From: an uncultured Victivallis sp.
Lineage (GTDB): Bacteria; Verrucomicrobiota; Lentisphaeria; Victivallales; GWF2-50-93
Reading direction: 5' to 3'
Assembly (NCBI GenBank): GCA_964600895.1
Contig: CAZRKP010000002.1
Coordinates: forward strand, 78,220 to 142,219
DNA length: 64,000 bases
Positions 56,795 through 64,000 of the stretch are shown here, piece after piece. The stretch's first letter is position 1; each line of letters starts with the position of its first letter. Under the pieces are notes generated by a model that was not told the DNA's origin, ran no database searches, and worked only from the letters and a program-made list of their open reading frames with translations. Both the position numbers and the translations under genes were made by a program.

Positions 56795-58204
56795 CTATTC
56801 AACATCAATTTTCCCTAAAACGTGCCAGTTGCCTGAGGTTTCGCCTTCAATGCCAAGTCTGATATCGGGAGTCTGTCGTTTGGGATCGGAGAAGAGTCCT
56901 ACTGCCAGGCGGTATGAGCCGGCCGGTGCAGTGAAATTGAGAGAAGATGTTTCGGAGATCTGTTTGCCATCTGGCGCCCATTTGTCCGGATGGCATCCCT
57001 TCGCCTCGCATTTGGTGACGACCTTACCATCCTTGTCGATAATCGCTGCAACGACTGTGCAAGGAATAAAAATGAATGCGAGTCCCTTGTTCTCCCATTT
57101 GAAGGAGGCTTCAAAGTCCGTACCGGACTTCACTTGGCGTGGAATCGTTATTTCATCAAGAAGGAAATGGTAGCCCATCATGTTGGTGAGCTTGTCGATG
57201 AATGGGCGTTTCTCCTTCACGAAGAGATCCTTGAAGTCGTATTGTCCGAGGTTCTGGTAGGTGAACGCACCCCGGACAGTGTCGTCAAGTATCCTGTCCT
57301 CGAGTTTATCGCCCCACGCATATCGTGATCCATCGTTCTTAATGTGCTCTTGATAGCTGGAGAACCATTCGCCGAATGAGGGGACCTTTCCCTTGCAACG
57401 TATTAGTTCCGAGCCGTTGGAATTACCGAGAACGCCGTCACGTCTTATTCCAACACCTTTGTCAACGGCCCAGTCATATACCGGGTTCAAAAAGGTTTCG
57501 CCCCAGGGGATCATGAGGCGTGTCTTCTTGAAGGCGTCCAAATGGATCTGGATATGCTTCTTGAGTCCGTCTGGCGTAAGTCTTACTGAGCCTTTGAGAT
57601 GACCGAGATGTCCTTCTCCCCACTGTCCGTAGGAACGGATGTCGATGCAGGAGATCCGTGGATCTCCGTCATATTTCTTCCCCATTGCATCAATGAAGTT
57701 CTTGAGCTTTTCCAGGAATATGGGATTGTCCCACTGTTTGAGGGCGACCTGTCCTTTGACCTTCCAGCCGTCATACTCTATTGAAGGCACGCCGAGGTCG
57801 AAGACCCATTTTGGCGTAGTGTATTTCATGTAGTTATGGAAGCTTTCGCACATCACGCCGAATCCGAACTGTTTCCCGGCGGCATCCCATTCCTTCAGCG
57901 CCTTTTCGAGCGGCTCCCAGTTGAATTTTCCTTCCTCGGGTTCGAGTTCGCTCCAGCAGAATCTGTTATAGGCGGAACTGCAGACATCCAATGCATCCTG
58001 GCAGTGGCTCTTCGGGAAGCCGCCATAGACAACCCAACCCTTGCCGGGATTGACGACAGGTTTCTCTGAAGCCTTGAATTTCAAGGTCTGGAGCTCATCT
58101 GCGGCCTTGGCGCTGATCGCGGATGAGATCCCAAGAAATGAAATTCCGGAAAAGGCGAGTGTGAACATGCGGAAAAATCTTGATTTGGAGGATAGAATTT
58201 TCAT
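56795..58204 (-). CDS. secreted glycoside hydrolase candidate (clan GH-A-like TIM barrel with DUF4832-like C-terminal domain)
   Basis: It has a signal peptide ending ISAKA|AD, and the motifs NPGKGW and WSELEPEEGKFNW typical of GH42/DUF4874-like barrels. The C-terminal beta domain is ~120 aa. Confidence 0.55.
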   Translation of the reverse strand: MKILSSKSRFFRMFTLAFSGISFLGISSAISAKAADELQTLKFKASEKPVVNPGKGWVVYGGFPKSHCQDALDVCSSAYNRFCWSELEPEEGKFNWEPLEKALKEWDAAGKQFGFGVMCESFHNYMKYTTPKWVFDLGVPSIEYDGWKVKGQVALKQWDNPIFLEKLKNFIDAMGKKYDGDPRISCIDIRSYGQWGEGHLGHLKGSVRLTPDGLKKHIQIHLDAFKKTRLMIPWGETFLNPVYDWAVDKGVGIRRDGVLGNSNGSELIRCKGKVPSFGEWFSSYQEHIKNDGSRYAWGDKLEDRILDDTVRGAFTYQNLGQYDFKDLFVKEKRPFIDKLTNMMGYHFLLDEITIPRQVKSGTDFEASFKWENKGLAFIFIPCTVVAAIIDKDGKVVTKCEAKGCHPDKWAPDGKQISETSSLNFTAPAGSYRLAVGLFSDPKRQTPDIRLGIEGETSGNWHVLGKIDVE

Positions 58205-58229
58205 GATTATTTATTCCTTAATTAAGACT

Positions 58230-58286
58230 GATGTAGGGTTCGTCGTCCCGGCGAAGAGCCTTGTCCGAGACGGACAACTCTACATC
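58230..58286. repeat. REP-like imperfect 57-bp palindrome
   Basis: The sequence is gatgtag-ggttcgtcgtcccggcgaagagccttgtccgagacggacaact-ctacatc. Confidence 0.6.
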
Positions 58287-58356
58287 TTTTGATCCACAAT
58301 CCGAAGGGCAGCAAATTCTTCTGCCTTCGTCAAAATTTTGGTCTCTATGAATTTTA

Positions 58357-58386
58357 ATCCACCCATCCATCCATCCAGATTATCCC
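58357..58386. repeat. GGATGG-type repeat, copy 4 (inverted)
   Basis: The sequence is atccacccatccatccatccagattatccc. Confidence 0.8.
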
Positions 58387-58400
58387 TTTAGAGGCACCCT

Positions 58401-58859
58401 TTATTTATAGAAATACGAATACCAGAACAAAAATGCCGCGATTACAGTGAACATCCAGTAGTCGACCGGCATGAAGATCAGCCAGCGGTGTCCATGCCAG
58501 GGAATGTCCTTTTTGTTGAATTTCTTCCATCCGTAATGTGGGTTTAGGATGAACCATAGGAAATCCTCAACAAGCCAGAATAGCATTATAGAGGCAAGGA
58601 CTCTGGCCTCCAGTTTCAGGGACCATTCAGCCTTCATGAAAAATACGAGGTGGAATATCAGTATCATGAAAGGAAAAACCCAGGCATGGTAACCGGTCAT
58701 GGGGCGTCCGCCCCAGAATACGTCGAGGAGCCAATGTTTCTCGATGCGCCAGGTGGGAAGACCGGAGGCCCAGCCCTGGTCCCCTTCGATATGGATCTCC
58801 ACCTTCGCGAAGAAGAAAGCGAGCAGGAAAACCCAAAATAATAGAAGCAACAAATTCAT
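58401..58859 (-). CDS. hypothetical integral membrane protein
   Basis: It has four or five Trp-rich TM helices. The ATG at 58859 (MNLLLLLFW) is preferred, because the track start at 58901 lies inside the repeat element. Confidence 0.6.
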   Translation of the reverse strand: MNLLLLLFWVFLLAFFFAKVEIHIEGDQGWASGLPTWRIEKHWLLDVFWGGRPMTGYHAWVFPFMILIFHLVFFMKAEWSLKLEARVLASIMLFWLVEDFLWFILNPHYGWKKFNKKDIPWHGHRWLIFMPVDYWMFTVIAAFLFWYSYFYK

Positions 58860-58877
58860 AAATTCCCAAAAATATTT

Positions 58878-59013
58878 AACTACAGAACACACAGAAGACA
58901 CAGAAATGAGTAATCGCGAAACTTGCGAATAACAATAAAATGAGGGATAATATTATACGGAAAAATCCTAAGATATTATTTTAAGTTAACTTTGTGCCTC
59001 TGTACCTTTGTGG
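58878..59013. mobile_element. MITE-like element, second copy (136 bp)
   Basis: The left end is aactacagaacacacagaagacacag. The right end is ctttgtgcctctgtacctttgtgg. The core is AT-rich. The right end overlaps the last 9 codons and the stop of the GT28 gene. Confidence 0.5.
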
Positions 59014-60137
59014 CTAAGAACTTCTTTCAGAATTTCAATTGCTGCATGCGGACGGCCTATCTTCGAGGCGTTCCTGCGCATTTCGCAGACTTTCGCCGGA
59101 TCCTCGAGGAGCTTCCGCAGCTTGAATTCCAGGACTGCCGCGTTGTGCGCCTTCACAGCCGCTCCGCTTTCAAGGAGGTGATCGCAGTTGCGCTCCTCCT
59201 GTCCGGGGATCGGTGATATGACTATCATAGGGAGGCCCATCGCGATGCATTCGGAGCTTGTGAGACCGCCTGGCTTGCTTATTGCAATGTCACTTGCAGC
59301 CATGTTCTTTTCTATTGTCGTTGTGAATCCAGTGGGAATCAGTTTTCCGGGGAATGATTTCGCCATCTTGTTCAGTTCCTCGAGCAGATCCTTGTTCTTT
59401 CCGGCGAGTGCGAACATCTGGAAGTCGCGGTCGATCCTGAGTAGCCTCTCAGCGACAAGATGGATTCCGCCGACGCCGAGGCCTCCGGACATTAGGAGGA
59501 TCGTGGTTTTATCAGGATTGACACCCAGTTCCTTCGCGCATTCCGTCCTGGAATGTTTTTTCGCGAAGACCGGCATTATCGGGATTCCGGTGACATGTAC
59601 GTTGTCAGGGCTGATCCCCTTGTCGATCATACGGCATGCGACTTCCGGGCTTGCGGCGAAATATCCGGCCATGTGAGGGTGCACCCAGAGGGAATGGATA
59701 TCGAAATCGGTGACCACGACCCATACCGGTGCTTTGAATTTACCTTTGGAGATCTTCCTTGAAAGCAGTTCGGCCGGAAGGAAATGGGTGCAGATCACGA
59801 TGTCCGGCTTGAGCTCATCTATCCTGTCGAAGAGAGATCTGGTGTTCAGCTTCTTTATACCTCGGAGAAGCTTGTTTGAAAGCGAATCTGTCTTCTCCTC
59901 CTTGTCTGTCTGCAAGTAGAGGAAGCCCCAGAGGGCAGGATTGCTGTCGACGACCTTGATGTAGGAGTCGGCGTAGATCTTCTTGAAAAGAGACGGGACG
60001 AACTCCATTACATCGAGATGAACTGCCTTGGTTCCGGGAAAGCTTTCCTCGGCGGTCTTTCTCAGGGCTTCGGCTGCACGGACATGGCCGGCTCCTGCGG
60101 ATACGCTCAGGATCAGGATGGTCTTGTCATGTTTCAT
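58986..60137 (-). CDS. GT28 MGDG-synthase/UgtP-like diacylglycerol glycosyltransferase
   Basis: The N-terminus ILILSVSAGAGHVRAAEAL and the layout (MGDG_synth-like N-domain plus Glyco_tran_28_C-like C-domain) resemble UgtP/MGDG synthases. Confidence 0.7.
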   Translation of the reverse strand: MKHDKTILILSVSAGAGHVRAAEALRKTAEESFPGTKAVHLDVMEFVPSLFKKIYADSYIKVVDSNPALWGFLYLQTDKEEKTDSLSNKLLRGIKKLNTRSLFDRIDELKPDIVICTHFLPAELLSRKISKGKFKAPVWVVVTDFDIHSLWVHPHMAGYFAASPEVACRMIDKGISPDNVHVTGIPIMPVFAKKHSRTECAKELGVNPDKTTILLMSGGLGVGGIHLVAERLLRIDRDFQMFALAGKNKDLLEELNKMAKSFPGKLIPTGFTTTIEKNMAASDIAISKPGGLTSSECIAMGLPMIVISPIPGQEERNCDHLLESGAAVKAHNAAVLEFKLRKLLEDPAKVCEMRRNASKIGRPHAAIEILKEVLSHKGTEAQS

Positions 60138-60305
60138 TGAATAGGTGTCCCCCTTTTCTTATGAGTTATTGAATATATCATGCTGGGGTGCATAGACAAC
60201 TCTGCAGGTCAGGATTTTCTTCCCGGAACATCAAAAAACAAGTTTGATTTTTTTATTTTGAGGTATATTTTCTATGAAACCTTAAAAGTATAGGAGGGGT
60301 AGGAC

Positions 60306-60491
60306 ATGAAGAAATTATTGGCGATGATGGCGATCGTAGGCCTCGTAGGATTCCTGGCCGGATGCGGCAAGGAAGAACCAGCTGCTCCAGCTGTTCCAAA
60401 GAGTGCTGAAAAGGCCGGTGCTGAGGCTGGCAAGGCCGTTGACAAAGCTGCTGCTGATGCAAAAGCTGCTGCTGAAAAAGCAACAAAATAA
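60306..60491 (+). CDS. small Ala/Lys-rich lipoprotein
   Basis: A TAGGAGGGG RBS is present. The lipobox is FLAGC|G. The mature ~41 aa are rich in A/K/E. A terminator follows. Confidence 0.75.
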   Translation: MKKLLAMMAIVGLVGFLAGCGKEEPAAPAVPKSAEKAGAEAGKAVDKAAADAKAAAEKATK

Positions 60492-60510
60492 TTGTATTAT
60501 TACAGTTATA

Positions 60511-60548
60511 AGCACCTTGGTTGAGCAATCCGCTAAGGTGCTTTTTTA
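60511..60548 (+). terminator. rho-independent terminator
   Basis: A hairpin agcacctt-N16-aaggtgct is followed by a T run. Confidence 0.75.
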
Positions 60549-60600
60549 TTACAACTGAATTTTATTACATCAAGTGTCACCATAATTAGGAGATCATCAA

Positions 60601-61773
60601 TTGCAGAATCCGGTACCAGCCAGGGAGACAGTCGTCAAGTCAGTCGGGCTTTCCAAGGAGTTCCGCGACTTCTGGAACCGTCCGAAGGCGAAGGCGGTGA
60701 ACGACATCGACTTCGAGGTATATGAAGGAGAGGTGCTTGGGTTGCTTGGACCTAACGGTTCGGGCAAATCGACCACGATAAAGATGCTGCTCGGTCTCCT
60801 ATATCCCACCTCCGGAACAATAGAGGTCTTCGGGGAGTCTCCGCGCAGCGTACGCACCAAGATGAGGATAGGCTATCTTCCCGAAGAATCATATCTCTAC
60901 AAGTATCTGACAGCAATGGAAACCCTGGACTTCTTCGGAGCGCTTTTTGATCTTCCCGCAGTGGAACGGAGGAGCAGGAGCGAACAGCTTCTGGAAATGG
61001 TCGGGCTCAGCCATGTGAGGAACCGTCCGGTCGGAGAGTTCTCCAAGGGAATGGCGCGCAGGATAGGGCTGGCCCAGGCGATGATCAACGATCCTGACCT
61101 GCTTATCCTCGATGAACCGACATCCGGACTCGATCCTATCGGCTGCAAGGAGATCAAGGATCTGATAACATTCCTCCAGAAACGTGGTAAGACGGTCATA
61201 GTCAGCAGTCATCTCCTGGGCGATGTCGAGGACATATGCAACAGGGTGCTGATCCTCTACGGAGGCGTCATCAGAGCTTCAGGAACGCTGGACGAACTGC
61301 TCACGATCTCCACGGCAAGCCGCATAACGACCCCACTGCTCGCTCCGGGGATCACCGAGAGGCTGGTCAAGATACTCAAGGACAACCTGAAGGGTGAGGA
61401 ATTCAAGATAGACCATCCGAGACGTTCGCTTGAGGACTTCTTCCTTGACGTCGTAAACAAAGCCAGGAGTGAAAGCCTGAAGACCTCAGGTGCGGAAGGC
61501 GGCGGAGAGATAGCGGGTTATCTCAAGGACGAGAGGGAGCGTGACGTGCTTAAGGAACTCACCGCGGACCATAAGGAGAGGAAGCCTGAGGAGCCTCCAG
61601 CCAGAAAAGTTGATGCTGTCCGGGAGGAGGAACAGGAAAAACAGGCTGAAAAGATCGAAAGCCTCCTGTCCCATGTACAAGAGAAGGAAAAGCCCGAACC
61701 TGAACCGGCTCCTTCAGATGATCGCGACGAGGTGAACAAGAAGCTTTCGCATCTTGTTTCCAAGAAGAAATGA
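60601..61773 (+). CDS. ABC transporter ATP-binding protein with ~150 aa charged C-terminal extension
   Basis: Walker A GPNGSGKST, signature-like FSKGMARR and Walker B LLILDEPTSGLD are present. TTG start. The tail is rich in K/E/P. Confidence 0.85.
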   Translation: MQNPVPARETVVKSVGLSKEFRDFWNRPKAKAVNDIDFEVYEGEVLGLLGPNGSGKSTTIKMLLGLLYPTSGTIEVFGESPRSVRTKMRIGYLPEESYLYKYLTAMETLDFFGALFDLPAVERRSRSEQLLEMVGLSHVRNRPVGEFSKGMARRIGLAQAMINDPDLLILDEPTSGLDPIGCKEIKDLITFLQKRGKTVIVSSHLLGDVEDICNRVLILYGGVIRASGTLDELLTISTASRITTPLLAPGITERLVKILKDNLKGEEFKIDHPRRSLEDFFLDVVNKARSESLKTSGAEGGGEIAGYLKDERERDVLKELTADHKERKPEEPPARKVDAVREEEQEKQAEKIESLLSHVQEKEKPEPEPAPSDDRDEVNKKLSHLVSKKK

Positions 61774-61807
61774 TAGGTATGGGCAAATCCACAACCGGTG
61801 CTGGACG

Positions 61808-63268
61808 ATGATATCTCTATGGGCAATAATCAAGCTCACGTGCAGGGCGTCGATAAGATCGCACATCTTCCATCTGCTGCTGGCGATACTCATCTTAACG
61901 ATAATCATACTTCCCAATACGGTACTTGGAGATGGTACGGCCTACGGATTCATACAGGTTTCCCTGAAATACTGCATAGGAGTGATAGGGTTCATCCTTT
62001 CACTTTCAACGATTTGGGTGGGTTGCTTTGTGATGTCCAGCGATCTTGAATCATACCAGATCCACATGGTGTTCACCAAGCCCATATCGAGGGTCAAGGT
62101 CTGGATCGGAAAATGGCTCGGTGTAGTTCTTATCCACGGCATCCTCCTCCTTTTTTCCACGAGTGTCGTCTATGGATTCATATTGTGGAAGTTCTACAGG
62201 AGTCCATTCACGAAGGCAGAGAAGGAGAGGATAAGCAATGAAGTCCTGGTCGGGAGGCGTGTGTATCTTCCGGATCAGCCTGATATCGACGCCAAGGTCA
62301 AGGAAGAATACAAGAAGAGGGTGGATTACCTCAAATCTGCACAGGCGGAGACGTTCGAGAAGCTTACCAATGCCGAGAAGAGGAAGATGCTGCGCGAGAT
62401 CCGCAAGCAGATCGTGGCCCAGCTTGGAGAAGTGAAGCCGGGACCGTCGAACCGCAAGCTCTGGGAATTCAAAGGGGTGCCGAATAATCTTGGCAAACCG
62501 CTTTATTTCAGGTATAGGATGTATATCGGCAAGATCTCCTCCAAGGACCAGCGCGAGACGGAAGGTATCTGGTTCTTCAAGGCGACCGTTCCCACGGAGG
62601 ATCCTTCAAAAAGGAAGCCAGGTGAGGAGGTCCAGATGACCGAGATCACCGTTTCCAAATCGCAGTATCCGGAAAGGCAGATGTGCGGTGTCTTCCATGA
62701 GATGCCACTGTTCCCGGAATTTGTTGACAAGGATGGTACCGTCTGGGTATCCTTTGCCAACTTCGACCGCGAGGGGAAGCCCCTGTATTTCCAGGCCGCG
62801 GACGGTCCCAAGCTCCTTGTCGAGGCTGGAAAGTTCTGGGAGAACTATCTGAGGGCTGTCTTCATCATATTCCTCAAGCTGCTGTTCCTGGCGGGACTTG
62901 CATGCACTGCAGGAGGACTTCTTTCGATGCCTACCGCCGTATTTTTCGTGTTCTCATATCTCTTCATAGGGATCTGCGCCTCATATATAATCAACATCGA
63001 GACAGAGTTCGGCGACGAGGATGAGCTAATCCAATATGAGGCCTGGCATGAGACCGCCAGCAGGATCGTCAGCCATGCCATTCTCTGGGGTGTAATACCC
63101 ATGCAGAAGTTCGAGGTCTCCGATTCTGTCGCGAGAGGGGAACTGATTGAAATTTCGGTGATGGCCAGGATCATATTTGAGTTCCTGATACTGAGAGGTG
63201 TTCCTATATTCCTCCTGGGGATACTGATATACAGAATAAGGGAAATGGGGCTTATAATAAGAAAATGA
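61808..63268 (+). CDS. ABC-2-type permease-like membrane protein with large extracytoplasmic insert
   Basis: It has four TM helices, a ~200 aa soluble insert and two or three more TM helices. It lies directly downstream of the ATPase. The ATG at 61808 is preferred over the TTG at 61754. Confidence 0.6.
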   Translation: MISLWAIIKLTCRASIRSHIFHLLLAILILTIIILPNTVLGDGTAYGFIQVSLKYCIGVIGFILSLSTIWVGCFVMSSDLESYQIHMVFTKPISRVKVWIGKWLGVVLIHGILLLFSTSVVYGFILWKFYRSPFTKAEKERISNEVLVGRRVYLPDQPDIDAKVKEEYKKRVDYLKSAQAETFEKLTNAEKRKMLREIRKQIVAQLGEVKPGPSNRKLWEFKGVPNNLGKPLYFRYRMYIGKISSKDQRETEGIWFFKATVPTEDPSKRKPGEEVQMTEITVSKSQYPERQMCGVFHEMPLFPEFVDKDGTVWVSFANFDREGKPLYFQAADGPKLLVEAGKFWENYLRAVFIIFLKLLFLAGLACTAGGLLSMPTAVFFVFSYLFIGICASYIINIETEFGDEDELIQYEAWHETASRIVSHAILWGVIPMQKFEVSDSVARGELIEISVMARIIFEFLILRGVPIFLLGILIYRIREMGLIIRK

Positions 63269-64000
63269 GCGTGATAAGAAAAATCATCGGGCCTTTACTG
63301 CTGTTCCTGTTCATAACGGCGGTTTTCGTCGTTGTTACTAACCGGCTCCAGTATAAGATAAATTCTCTGAAGAAGACTGAGAAGCTGACTGACACCGATC
63401 CGGTGGATAACGCGCCTCCGATAGTTGCGTTCACCACAGTCGCACTCGGAAGTTTCAGGGGATTGCTCGCGGACCTCCTGTGGCTCAGGACGATCGCCCT
63501 GCAGGACAAAGGCCAGTATTTCGAGATGGTCCAGCTCGCTTCCTGGATCACCAAGCTCCAACCACGCTTTACAGGAGCTACGGCCTACCTTGCCTGGAAC
63601 ATGGCATATAATATTTCCGTGACATGTTCCTCGCCGGAGGACAGATGGAGATGGGTTAGGAGGGGCATAGAGCTCATCAGGGATGAAGCGCTCAACTACA
63701 ATCCCGGGGATCCCGTCCTATACAAGGAGCTCGGATGGATCTACCAGCACAAGGTCGGCAACATCATGGATGATGCCAACCTTTACTACAAGAACCAAAT
63801 GGCCATCGAACTCATGGATGCCTTCGGCGGACCGGAACCGGACTGGGAATATCTTGCCATCATGCCGGACAATGCTGATGGTTTCTTGAAGCTGTTGAAT
63901 GAAAAATATTCACAGATGAAAGGGCTTCAGAAGAAACTGGTGGAATATGCTACAGCTGCTGCACTCTCGGTTCTCGAAAAGAAATTCCTGGAGAAGGACA
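63265..64000 (+). CDS. hypothetical membrane-anchored protein (5' partial view; runs off the window)
   Basis: The frame is open from ATG 63265, which overlaps the upstream stop (ATGA), to the window end. It has an N-terminal TM (IIGPLLLFLFITAVFVVV). The rest is helical and unrecognised. It is not in the ORF track because no stop codon is reached. Confidence 0.6.
   Translation, partial: MSVIRKIIGPLLLFLFITAVFVVVTNRLQYKINSLKKTEKLTDTDPVDNAPPIVAFTTVALGSFRGLLADLLWLRTIALQDKGQYFEMVQLASWITKLQPRFTGATAYLAWNMAYNISVTCSSPEDRWRWVRRGIELIRDEALNYNPGDPVLYKELGWIYQHKVGNIMDDANLYYKNQMAIELMDAFGGPEPDWEYLAIMPDNADGFLKLLNEKYSQMKGLQKKLVEYATAAALSVLEKKFLEKD

Noticed and set aside
60244-60271. A possible sigma70-like promoter (TTGATT-N16-TATTTT) lies upstream of the small lipoprotein gene. 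Similar weak hexamer pairs sit upstream of the two CxxC protein genes, and a lone TATAAT at 14064-14069 sits upstream of pfp.
   Set aside because: The hexamers or spacing are poor or ambiguous. PVC promoter consensus is not well enough established for me to call these from sequence alone.
1-64000. I searched by eye for tRNA, rRNA, tmRNA, riboswitches, prophage, IS or integrase genes, and toxin-antitoxin or known defence-system genes.
   Set aside because: No intergenic region is long or structured enough to show a recognisable cloverleaf or rRNA signature. No ORF shows transposase, integrase, nuclease or defence hallmarks. A covariance-model scan (Infernal/tRNAscan) would be needed to exclude small ncRNAs fully.

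Overview
This is a gene-dense chromosomal window with about 60 protein-coding genes. I recognised no rRNA, tRNA, CRISPR array, transposase or integrase. The lineage is a guess by inference only: an anaerobic PVC-superphylum bacterium (Lentisphaerota, Kiritimatiellota or Verrucomicrobiota-like). That guess rests on an H-X9-DG prepilin-type protein, a PPi-dependent PFK, formate-THF ligase and GatCAB. Housekeeping blocks are: CBS protein and hpt; GH4 glycosidase with a divergent AraC regulator; an aminotransferase; fhs; asd; pfp; gatCAB; mtnP; grpE-dnaJ; and a partial dcw cluster (mraZ-rsmH-ftsL-ftsI-murE-murF). The stand-out feature is a ~21.5 kb block (18998-40522). It holds nine large polytopic GT-C-type membrane glycosyltransferase candidates: four TMTC/DUF1736-like TPR paralogues, one GT39-like, one GT87/DUF2029-like, one YfhO-like, one Wzy_C/O-antigen-ligase-like and one unclassified. 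The block also carries a polyprenyl-phosphate-mannose synthase, a signal-less GH35 beta-galactosidase and a pilin-like H-X9-DG protein. I read it as a candidate, uncharacterised periplasmic protein or cell-surface O-glycosylation (mannosylation) system. Other notable items are listed below.
- Two tandem monocistronic genes encode small secreted Lys/Ala/Glu-rich proteins with paired CxxC motifs.
- A CNNM (DUF21-CBS) transporter is fused to a PtsN-like EIIA domain.
- A C26 amidotransferase-like gene is translationally coupled to murF.
- Several families of short intergenic repeats are present. They include MITE-like elements with AACCACAGA termini, GGATGG-type repeats bracketing a three-gene glycosidase islet, and REP-like palindromes.
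All functional calls come from reading motifs in the supplied translations. No database search was run.
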